DNA of 64,000 bases from Planctomycetota bacterium (GTDB taxonomy: Bacteria > Planctomycetota > B15-G4). Below are positions 46,908 to 55,371 of the stretch, piece by piece. The position numbers and the translations under genes are program-made. The stretch spans positions 1,440,001-1,504,000 of the forward strand of contig CBDFJQ010000002.1 in assembly GCA_965248575.1 (NCBI GenBank), given 5' to 3'. Below the pieces are notes generated by a model. It saw nothing but the letters and a program-made list of their open reading frames with translations. It was not told where the DNA came from and did no database searches. Position 1 is the stretch's first letter. Every line of letters begins with the position of its first letter.

Positions 46908-48191
46908 CTAGCCCTGGGGTGACAGCGAGTCAAGGTGCCCGACGAGTCGCTCTGATGACTCCCCGGGCGCTTGGCGCACCCGGCCTCCGTGAATGGTGCA
47001 CTGCACGGCCCCTTCTCCGGTCCAGATCCACTCCGCTAGAGCATCGGAACCCATGCGTCCCAGCTCTTCAGGGCACGGGCCGAGGATGCACGCATCCGCC
47101 GAGGATCCGACACTCCAGGCAGCCGGGCCCTCAGGAAGATGCAGGGCCATCCGCCCTCCGATGGTCGCCCCCTGCAGCAGGAGTTGCGGCGGAATGTCAG
47201 GGCGGTCCCGGGCCAAGCGACACAGCTCGGAATGGAGATCCACCCCTTGATTGCTCGCGCCGGAGTCCGTGCCAAAGGCCACCACCACGCCGGCCTCGAC
47301 GAGCTCCAGCAACCGATGCGCGGGACGATCGAAATGGCGGTGGGTTCCGTGGCAGTACACCACCGCCGCGCGATGCTTGGACAGGTGCCCGATGTCTTCA
47401 TCGTCGAGATCGTTGCCGTGGATCACCAGCGCACCAGCAGACAGCAGCCCGGCGCGCTCGGCGTAGGCGATGGGCCGCAGGCCCGGCGCATGCGCGAACG
47501 GGGCACCCCTTCCGATGGATTCGAGCAGCTTGAGGAAGGGCCCGTCGCCGTGGGTCAGGTAGCGCGTCTCCTCTTCCGACTCCGCGAGGTGCATCGCGAG
47601 CGGCAGGCCACGCGCCGCAGCGGCCTTGACGATCTCCGGCAAGACCTGCTCGTGGACGGAATAGGGTGCGTGCGGCGACAGCCCCAACTCCTCGGACCCG
47701 CGCCCGAGCGTGTCCACATGGCGCAAGGTCTGGGCCAGGCGAGCCCGAGCGGACTCGGCATTCACGCCCACGATTTCCAGGTAGCTCCGTCCCGCCAGCC
47801 GCGCCCTGCGTCGGCCGCGCGTGCCCTTTCCGGCCGAGCCGTCAATATCACCGGCTGCCGTCACGCCCCCCACCGCCAGCTGGTCAGCTTCCCCGGCTGC
47901 CGTGTCGACAATGTCTCGCTCGACGCCGCGCAAGCCACCGATGCGCATGAGCCAATCAGGGAACGACCCAGCAGCGTCGACGGGACCGGACCCCGCAAGA
48001 TCCAGATGCGAATGGGCGTTCACGAGACCTGGGATCAGGACGACGTCCAGGACCTCGTCGCCCGGCGCGGCTGCACGCCAGGCGCTGGTCCGGCCAGCCT
48101 CGATCTCCCAGACCATGTCCCTTCTCAGCTCAAGCCGCCCCCCCTCGACGTGCAAGGTCGCGGCAACACCGAAGGACGCGCGGCCCGGCAT
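46908..48191 (-). CDS. Metal-dependent amidohydrolase (nucleoside deaminase-like)
   Basis: PGLVNAHSHL, SPHAPYSV, MHLAES, IHGN and GTDS motifs; start lies 2 nt after the stop of the upstream giant gene. Confidence 0.88.
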   Translation of the reverse strand: MPGRASFGVAATLHVEGGRLELRRDMVWEIEAGRTSAWRAAAPGDEVLDVVLIPGLVNAHSHLDLAGSGPVDAAGSFPDWLMRIGGLRGVERDIVDTAAGEADQLAVGGVTAAGDIDGSAGKGTRGRRRARLAGRSYLEIVGVNAESARARLAQTLRHVDTLGRGSEELGLSPHAPYSVHEQVLPEIVKAAAARGLPLAMHLAESEEETRYLTHGDGPFLKLLESIGRGAPFAHAPGLRPIAYAERAGLLSAGALVIHGNDLDDEDIGHLSKHRAAVVYCHGTHRHFDRPAHRLLELVEAGVVVAFGTDSGASNQGVDLHSELCRLARDRPDIPPQLLLQGATIGGRMALHLPEGPAAWSVGSSADACILGPCPEELGRMGSDALAEWIWTGEGAVQCTIHGGRVRQAPGESSERLVGHLDSLSPQG

Positions 48192-48193
48192 GC

Positions 48194-51100
48194 CTAGAAG
48201 GCGGCGTTGCGAAGGGTCAGGTTCAGGGAGTCCACGCTGACCAGGCTGAAGCTGACGCTGCCAGAGGTGTGCAACTCGTCCACGAACTCCCCGTCGATCT
48301 TGACCCGGAAGCGCAGGTAGGTCTTGCCGTCCGCGATCGAGCGCGCCACATCGGGCAGGGCCACGACGCTATCGGGCAGATCGAGGTCGGCGCCGAACAG
48401 GCTCACGCTCGCCGGGTCGACTTCGACCCGCGATGTCACCGTCGAATCCGTCGAGCGCAGGATGTGCAGGGAGGTGCCATCAAACGCGACGGCAGATGGC
48501 ACGACACGTAACCCCACATCCACCAGTCGAGCGAGGCCGTGAACGCCGTCTGTGGAAACACCCTCCATCCCAACCGCGACACTGAATTGGATCAGCTGGC
48601 TGGTCAGCGGGTCCACAGCCCAGACGGTCTCGGTCAGCGCGTCATAGGCCATGCCCGTGTACTCGATCTGTTGAAACTCGCCGTTGCGCTGGACCTTGAA
48701 CAAGTCGGTAGGAGTAGCCGGCCGGTAGTCGGTGGTTTCGGGCGTGCCAGCAGCGGGGTCGCTGGTCGGGAAGCTCGCGATGAGATCGTCCCGGTTCGAG
48801 GCGATCAGCAAGCGGTCATCTGCAGGAACCGCGCCGGGCACGAAGGTCATCGCCCCTTCCAGCGGGGCGGGCAGGAAGATCGTGCGCTGGAAGAGTCCCG
48901 TCGTGCGGTTGAACACATGGACACGACCTTGACCGCGCTCCAACAGATAGAGCTCGCTGACTGTCCCTCCCACCGTCATCGAGACGATGTCGAGCTCACC
49001 TCCTCCAACGGAAGGAATGTCAGGAAGCGCGAGGTCCGTGGCCCCCATGAGGTCCGTCACCAGACTGGTGGACTCGCCCACGCTGTACAGCAGCGCGGCC
49101 GCGTCTGCGTCGTACGCAAAACCCGCACGGCCCGAGAAGAGGTCCGACACCTCGTAGTAGGTCGGCGACGCGCCATCGACATCCAGCAAGCCGTTGATGT
49201 CGACCTCGGTAGGGTTGAACAAGAACTGGAAAGGCGGGCGCTCAAAACTGCCCGCGCCACCGTCCGGCCCGCCTTCGTCGAAGGTCCAGACCAGATCGGT
49301 CTCGGGCACGTCATCGCCGTCGGTGTCGGCCGCATAGGCGACGCTGAGCGACTCGAACTCGGGGTTGGCGAGGCCCGAGTTGTAGAAACGACTCTCACCG
49401 ACGGAACGCGGTGAGCCCACCAGGCGACCGACGTTCTCGCCGGTGATCTGTGGATCGGTGAAGCCCAGGAAGCTGCCGGGGTTCAGGTTGTCCGCCGTGT
49501 TTTCGAACCGGATCCAGCCCGAACCGCCATCACCACCACGACCGAAGCCCTCGTCCCCGCCACCGAAACCTCCGCGTGCCTCCAGGGAGGCGCCCGCGAA
49601 CAGCTTGAAGCCCGTGCCAGCTCGCAGTGTCATGAGCCCCGCGGAACCACCGCCGCCACCCGAGTAGGTCGCCACGGGGGCATCCAGCTCGCCGCCGTCG
49701 CCGCCGTTCACCGACAGCATCGAGGTTGCTCGGACCGTGATGAATTCGGCGCATTCCAACTCGAGTGCACCTCCACCGGACCCGCCGCCCGACCCCGGAG
49801 AGACCAGAGGTAGGTTCATGGCGGAAGCGTTGAGCGTGCCAGAGATGGAGACGCCGCTGCCACCACCGCCTGCGCCGCCCAGTCCTTCGCGGGGCAACAG
49901 GAGGAAGTTCACATCCGCCCCCATGGACAGGCCTGGCCCCGAAGCACCGGCCGGGCCCGAGAGCAGTCCGATATCCACACCGAACGACTCGACCCGCTTC
50001 ACGGTGAAGGTCATCCCCGCCAGCGACTCCACTTCGAACGCCCATCCGTCGGACGGCGTGTTGACCAGGAGCTGTGAGCCCACGAGATCCATGGGGTCCA
50101 GATCCGCAAGGAGTGTGCCTTGGCTCTGGCTCACCCAATCGAACTCCGTGTCGCTCATGGCGCGTCCTACTCCGCGCACTGCACCCAAGCCAGGCGCTCC
50201 ACCGGACGAGTCATCGAGGGCGACGCCCCCGAAGCCCTTGCCCCGTTGGTTGTCAGCGGGGTCTGAATCCGGACCGCTGGAGCCGCCCTGCACACCATCA
50301 GTCAAACCGCCACCACCTCCGCCACCACCGCCTGTCGTCGTGACACCGGGAGCATCGTTAACGACCACAAACGGATCGGCACCGGGTGCCCCACGAGCAA
50401 AGCCTGAGGGGTCCTGGCCCGGGTAACCACGCAAGCGGCCCACCAGATAGGCGTCCCCCGCAGCGGCGATCGGAGCAAAGCCATTGCCGATGTTCTTGGA
50501 GGCCACGTTCATGGACCCACCCGATGCATCGTCGATGGTGATCGTCGACTCACCGGCCAGCACGGTCACATCGGTGACCGTGAACGAGGGGTGGTTCTCA
50601 TCGATGAACTGATTCTGGGTGCCCGCGTTCTTCAGGTCCGAGGAGCCCACGCCCAGGTTGGGCTGCAGCAGGATCTCACCCGCCAGGAGCTGAGCGTGGA
50701 GCGTCGGGTCTCCACCCAGACCCAGCATGGGGTCGGTGAGAACGGAGAGGTCGGTGGCCGCGTCGGCGAGGGTGTTCGGAGTGAGTGTCGAACTCCGGCC
50801 GGTGGCTCCCCGCAGACGGGGATCCGCCGCTTCGAAGGGCGTGCCCTGGGCAGAAACCGCGGGCGACACCAGGTTCAGGAGGGAGAGGTCCTCCAAGCCA
50901 TCGGCGTCCGTGTCCACGGCCAGCAAGACATCACCGCCATCCCCGCCAGGGCCCGCAGCGCCGAAGGGCTGTCCGCCCCGTCCGCCCTGGCCCAGATAGG
51001 CCGCGTAGGCGGCGTCCCCTGGATTCGCTGGTAGGAGTTTCACCTCGCCTGCGATGCCCTCGGCCAGCACGTCGCCAGCGAGGTCGATATCAGAAGTCGC

Positions 51101-52555
51101 GCGCACCACGAGCGGTGCCGGGAAGCCGTCCAGCGGGTGGCCGGGGCTCTGCACCATGAACTCGTCGACGTCTTCCATGCCGTCGCCGTCCCTATCCGTC
51201 AGCACGGCCAACGTCCAGCCCACGGGGAGCAGGACCCGACGAAACTCCCAGCTGCGGGGTGCGAAGATGCCGGGCTCCATTTCGCCCACTGTCGGGATGA
51301 AGATGATCTGTTGGTCGAAGTCGATCACCGTTTCCACGGGAATGTCCGTGGTACCGGGATCAGCAGCCGTTCCTGAAGCGTCGACCACCAGATTGCGGTC
51401 GCCGCCCAGGCCACCCGCCAGGCCCGTGGTGAGTTCACCCAAGGGGCTTGCCCAGGCCGCCGAGCTACCGGACACGCTCTCCTGCGCCTGGGTGTCAAAG
51501 TCCTCCGTCACCAGGTAGGAGAGCGGATCCACGCCAGCGAGCGTGTTGACGGGGGATGACAACAGCGGAGTGAAGTCGCCCGTGAGGGACAACTTCGAGT
51601 TGCCCGCGAGATCCTCGACGCTCGAGTTCACCTCGACCAACAGGAAGCCGCCCGGCGGCAGAGCCGTGAGGTCTGAGCGCCAGCGCACGATGGTCAGGTC
51701 GCCCTGTTGGTGGAGGAAGCTGAGTGTCGCGGGAGTCACGATCGGCACGAAGTCCCCACCCGTCCCCGTGTTGATCAGCACCCGGATGGAAGGGCTCGAG
51801 CCGTCCACCGAGTTGAAGACCGAAGAGGGAATCACGGCGTCATCAAAGATGAAGACCAGGTCGCGAATGGGGCTGAACGGCACGGTCAGCAGGACGCCCT
51901 CCTGAAGTTCCACCTCTCCGGTGAAGAAGTCCAGCGCATCGTCCACCAGGTTCAGGTCGCTGTCGTTGTCCAGCACCTCGTCGATGACGGTGTTCGTGGT
52001 GTCATCCACGAAGAAGGACCGCACCATGGGGAAGCCGGGCTTCGAGTCCAGCGCCTTGGTCGGCGTCCTGAAGAAGAACGACGCCGTGGAGTTGGTCATG
52101 GGCGCACCGTTCACGGAGAGCAGGCTCGCCCCCACATCCGGGTCCGCGAAACTGATCTCGTAGAGAGCGCTGGCAACAAACCCGAAGGTCACGTTCTGCG
52201 AATCAAACTCCAGCGTCGGCGTGATCAACACCCGCTTGTCGTCGACCGAGTAGGTGACCGACGCCTGCAGACCGCCGGGGGCAGTCGACTGCCCACTCGA
52301 GTCACTGACGGTCACCAGCCCGACCGTCGCCTCGTTCACCGTGGCTGCGTCCACCGCCTTGGTGAAGGACAGCACCACGGTCTGGTTCAGGCCGGCCAGG
52401 GACGCCCCGAAGGGCCCCGAGACGACACCAAAGCCCTTGACGCCATTCTTATTGCCGCCACCGCCGCCGCCACTACCGCCACCTCCTCCACAGGACGTGA
52501 GCAGTGCAGCGGCCAGAATCAGGAAAGAGACCGAAAGACGTCGGGTGGGAGCCAT
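48194..52555 (-). CDS. Giant lipoprotein A (~1453 aa): Ig-like domains, Gly-rich repeat domain, propeller-like insert
   Basis: MAPTRRLSVSFLILAAALLTS-C-GGGGGSGGGGGG lipobox and linker; Ig-like NQTVVLSFTKAVDAATV and FIFDDAVIPSSV; many GGxGG runs. Confidence 0.8.
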   Translation of the reverse strand: MAPTRRLSVSFLILAAALLTSCGGGGGSGGGGGGNKNGVKGFGVVSGPFGASLAGLNQTVVLSFTKAVDAATVNEATVGLVTVSDSSGQSTAPGGLQASVTYSVDDKRVLITPTLEFDSQNVTFGFVASALYEISFADPDVGASLLSVNGAPMTNSTASFFFRTPTKALDSKPGFPMVRSFFVDDTTNTVIDEVLDNDSDLNLVDDALDFFTGEVELQEGVLLTVPFSPIRDLVFIFDDAVIPSSVFNSVDGSSPSIRVLINTGTGGDFVPIVTPATLSFLHQQGDLTIVRWRSDLTALPPGGFLLVEVNSSVEDLAGNSKLSLTGDFTPLLSSPVNTLAGVDPLSYLVTEDFDTQAQESVSGSSAAWASPLGELTTGLAGGLGGDRNLVVDASGTAADPGTTDIPVETVIDFDQQIIFIPTVGEMEPGIFAPRSWEFRRVLLPVGWTLAVLTDRDGDGMEDVDEFMVQSPGHPLDGFPAPLVVRATSDIDLAGDVLAEGIAGEVKLLPANPGDAAYAAYLGQGGRGGQPFGAAGPGGDGGDVLLAVDTDADGLEDLSLLNLVSPAVSAQGTPFEAADPRLRGATGRSSTLTPNTLADAATDLSVLTDPMLGLGGDPTLHAQLLAGEILLQPNLGVGSSDLKNAGTQNQFIDENHPSFTVTDVTVLAGESTITIDDASGGSMNVASKNIGNGFAPIAAAGDAYLVGRLRGYPGQDPSGFARGAPGADPFVVVNDAPGVTTTGGGGGGGGGLTDGVQGGSSGPDSDPADNQRGKGFGGVALDDSSGGAPGLGAVRGVGRAMSDTEFDWVSQSQGTLLADLDPMDLVGSQLLVNTPSDGWAFEVESLAGMTFTVKRVESFGVDIGLLSGPAGASGPGLSMGADVNFLLLPREGLGGAGGGGSGVSISGTLNASAMNLPLVSPGSGGGSGGGALELECAEFITVRATSMLSVNGGDGGELDAPVATYSGGGGGSAGLMTLRAGTGFKLFAGASLEARGGFGGGDEGFGRGGDGGSGWIRFENTADNLNPGSFLGFTDPQITGENVGRLVGSPRSVGESRFYNSGLANPEFESLSVAYAADTDGDDVPETDLVWTFDEGGPDGGAGSFERPPFQFLFNPTEVDINGLLDVDGASPTYYEVSDLFSGRAGFAYDADAAALLYSVGESTSLVTDLMGATDLALPDIPSVGGGELDIVSMTVGGTVSELYLLERGQGRVHVFNRTTGLFQRTIFLPAPLEGAMTFVPGAVPADDRLLIASNRDDLIASFPTSDPAAGTPETTDYRPATPTDLFKVQRNGEFQQIEYTGMAYDALTETVWAVDPLTSQLIQFSVAVGMEGVSTDGVHGLARLVDVGLRVVPSAVAFDGTSLHILRSTDSTVTSRVEVDPASVSLFGADLDLPDSVVALPDVARSIADGKTYLRFRVKIDGEFVDELHTSGSVSFSLVSVDSLNLTLRNAAF

Positions 52556-52859
52556 GGCGGGGTCGTCGAGAATCTCGGGGACGGCGCGTGAGCGGGTCTG
52601 GAAGCTGCGATCGGGGCCGCAACTTTCAAGCCAGCGAGTATAGGGTGCCAGCTCCGGTTGGGCACGCACCGGAACCCGAAGGGAACGGGCTCGGGGACGC
52701 TTGAGACCCGACGATGGGAATCCTGTTGGCCGGAGACGAGGCACGACGAGCTGTGTTGGACGCGCCAGCTCCGTCGATCTGATACACCCTGCCTCAGTCC
52801 CTGGAGGCCCGGCAGACGGCCTTCATCGCCCATTCTCCTGCCATGAGCGACCCAAGCGA

Positions 52860-53657
52860 GTGTCCGAGCCCCCATCGAGCCCTCTTCCCAGCCTGGTGGA
52901 CACCCACTGCCACCTGGCGTTCTCGGCCTTTGACGAGGACCGCGCTGAGGTCATCCAGCGGGCCAAGCAGGCGGGTCTCCAGGCCTGTGTGGCCGTGTCC
53001 GTGGATGCCGCCTCGGCACGCGCAGCCCTCGCCCTCAGCCAGGCCGAGCCGGGGTTCGTGTTCCCCACCGCGGGCATCCACCCCACCGAAGACTCCATCG
53101 GTGATGTCTCGGAGTGGGAGGCCGTGGCTGAACTCCTGCGCTCGCAGCCTTTCGTAGCCGTCGGCGAGACCGGCCTCGACGCCTTCCACGAGTGTGCCAC
53201 CCTGGACGATCAACGGCACAGCTTCGCTCAACACCTGCAGCTCGCCCTGGAGCTGGAGCGGCCCGTGGTCATCCACTGCCGGGATGCCTTCTCCCCGCTG
53301 CTCGAGGAGCTGGAATCCACCCGCGGCGCTGGGCTCACCGGTGTTCTGCACTGCTTCACGGGGGGAGCTCAGGAGCGAGACGCGCTGCTGGACCTCGGGC
53401 TTCACATCGGCGTGGGTGGCATCGCCACCTACAAGGCCTCCAGAGATTTGCGCGACGTCGTTCGCGACATCCCTGCCGACAGATTGCTTGTGGAAACGGA
53501 CGCCCCCTGGCTGGCACCCGTACCCAAGCGAGGACGTCGCAATGAACCCTCCTTCGTCGCGCACGTGGCCGCGCATCTAGCGCAGGACCGGGGCGTGGAG
53601 CTGGAGACCCTCGCCCAAGCGAGCACGGCGGCCGCGCGTCAGCTGTTCAAGATCTGA
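52860..53657 (+). CDS. tatD: TatD-family nuclease
   Basis: VDTHCHL, GIHP, VGETGLD, IHCRDA, VLHCF, LVETDAPWLAP and RNEP motifs; start estimated. Confidence 0.94.
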   Translation: MSEPPSSPLPSLVDTHCHLAFSAFDEDRAEVIQRAKQAGLQACVAVSVDAASARAALALSQAEPGFVFPTAGIHPTEDSIGDVSEWEAVAELLRSQPFVAVGETGLDAFHECATLDDQRHSFAQHLQLALELERPVVIHCRDAFSPLLEELESTRGAGLTGVLHCFTGGAQERDALLDLGLHIGVGGIATYKASRDLRDVVRDIPADRLLVETDAPWLAPVPKRGRRNEPSFVAHVAAHLAQDRGVELETLAQASTAAARQLFKI

Positions 53658-53699
53658 GGCGGCAGGCACGCCCGCACCCAGTTCAACCTTGCAACGGGT

Positions 53700-54584
53700 T
53701 CAGCTTTGCAACCAGCTCATGGCGTCCCAAGCCGAGCCCGGCCAGAGCATCTCGATCAGGATCCCCAGGGAGAGGAACGGACCGAAGGGCAAACCGACAG
53801 GGCTGTCTGAACGCTGGAGCCGCGCCACGACCTTCAGCCCGATGCCGACAACCGCCCCGGCGAAGCAACCGATCATGATGGACTCGAGCACCAGGATGGG
53901 ACCCAGGAGCGTGCCGGCAAACGCCATCCACTTCACGTCACCGAGTCCCATGGCATCCTCGACACCCGCGGCTTCCACCTGGCTCTTCAACATGAGGTTC
54001 CCCAGGCGACCGACCAACCAGAGCGAGCCCCCCCCGGCGACCAAGCCCACGATGCCCACCACCACACTGGACGTGTGGGCAGACTCTGAGCGGAACATCG
54101 CGTGGCTCGCGTGAATCTCCGGGAACACGCCCGAGGCCAGCAGCCCCAAGGCAATGCCGGGCAGCGTGATCACATCGGGGATGATGAAGTGCTCCAAGTC
54201 GATGGCACTGACCACCACACACAAGGTCGCCATCACCCATCCCACGAGCAACAGCACCCAGCTGCCACCCGCGCCGGGGTTGAGCTTCCACCAGAAGAAG
54301 GCGAACAGAGCGCCGACCAGGAGTTCGATCGCAGGGTATCGGATCGAGATTCGCTCAGAGCACGATCGACACTTCCCTCTCAGCACGACCCAGGCCAGGA
54401 CGGGAATGTTGTCGAACCAACTCAACTGCGTAGCGCAGGACGGGCAGAACGAGCGCCCGGGTTTGTGAACGCTCAGCCCTTCGCGCGGAACGCGATGAAT
54501 CGCAACGTTGGCGAAGCTCCCCACGGAGAGCCCCAGGAAGGAAGCGATGAACCACCCCATCCAGCCTTCAAGGGGGGTTGGCAT
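53700..54584 (-). CDS. pilD: Prepilin peptidase / N-methyltransferase (A24A)
   Basis: GSFANVAIHRVP, RSFCPSC, DNIPVLAW...GKCRSC, AIDLEHFIIPD, MGLGDVK and LPFGPFL motifs. Confidence 0.95.
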   Translation of the reverse strand: MPTPLEGWMGWFIASFLGLSVGSFANVAIHRVPREGLSVHKPGRSFCPSCATQLSWFDNIPVLAWVVLRGKCRSCSERISIRYPAIELLVGALFAFFWWKLNPGAGGSWVLLLVGWVMATLCVVVSAIDLEHFIIPDVITLPGIALGLLASGVFPEIHASHAMFRSESAHTSSVVVGIVGLVAGGGSLWLVGRLGNLMLKSQVEAAGVEDAMGLGDVKWMAFAGTLLGPILVLESIMIGCFAGAVVGIGLKVVARLQRSDSPVGLPFGPFLSLGILIEMLWPGSAWDAMSWLQS

Positions 54585-54604
54585 GGGCGGGCATTCCAGA
54601 GGTT

Positions 54605-55339
54605 CTAGGGCGTCGAGAAAGACAACACGAGCGGCCCCTCGGGGGGCACCCCGTCGAGGCCACGCAGACCAAGCCGCTTCCAGATCAACTCAAGCGGCCC
54701 AGCATGCGGGGAGACTTCGAGTACGACCGTGCACTCAAGGCCCATCAGCGACCATCGGGTTTGCGGCAGGAAGGGCTTGAGCGCCAGACCCGCCGCGACC
54801 GGAAACAAAGGGCAACTCTGGGAGTTGACCGTGCCCGGGTCCAGCACCCCGTCAAAAAGCAGCCGAATCGCTCCATCGTGCTTCAGTGCTCCCGTCGAGG
54901 AGACCCGTTGCCCGTTCACGGACCTCAGACGCACCACACCCTCCCCTACCAAGCCCGGCCGGCAGCGGACTTCCAGACGTTCGGATGCGGGCAGGCTCAT
55001 GCCCGACGAGGACCTCAACGCATGGATCGAAGGGGATCCCACCAGCTGGATCCAGACGCTCGGTGGTGGATGTCGGAAGAGTTCCTCCGTCACGTTCAAG
55101 TGAACACGCAGGGAGGTCGCGCCGGCCGATGTGCGCGCGGGGAGCAGTCGACCGTCGGCAGTTTCCACGCGCACGGATCGGGATGTCAGGCTGAGGGGGT
55201 CCAAAGCACCCGAAAACTCAACGGTGAGAAGCTCGTTGAGGGCAACGGCTGATGAGTGGGACGTCACCCGCCATTCATGCTCCGAAGGACCGCAGGCAGC
55301 ACACACCGCGAGGGTGAGCATCATCAGCGGTGCGCGCAA
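54605..55339 (-). CDS. Small putative lipoprotein with two Ig-like (Big_5/SbsA-type) domains
   Basis: LTLAVCAA-C-G lipobox-like segment; ALNELLTVEFSGALDPLSL and IRLLFDGVLDPGTV echo the Ig motifs of the giant neighbours; start uncertain (TTG 55339 or ATG 55324). Confidence 0.6.
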   Translation of the reverse strand: MRAPLMMLTLAVCAACGPSEHEWRVTSHSSAVALNELLTVEFSGALDPLSLTSRSVRVETADGRLLPARTSAGATSLRVHLNVTEELFRHPPPSVWIQLVGSPSIHALRSSSGMSLPASERLEVRCRPGLVGEGVVRLRSVNGQRVSSTGALKHDGAIRLLFDGVLDPGTVNSQSCPLFPVAAGLALKPFLPQTRWSLMGLECTVVLEVSPHAGPLELIWKRLGLRGLDGVPPEGPLVLSFSTP

Positions 55340-55371
55340 GCAGGCCCGGGCATCCGCACCGAGCCATGGGC

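Noticed and set aside
55280..55367. Possible frameshift at the 5' end of the small Ig lipoprotein (out-of-frame ATG at 55367)
   Set aside because: In-frame TTG 55339 or ATG 55324 already gives a plausible lipoprotein signal, so no frameshift is needed.
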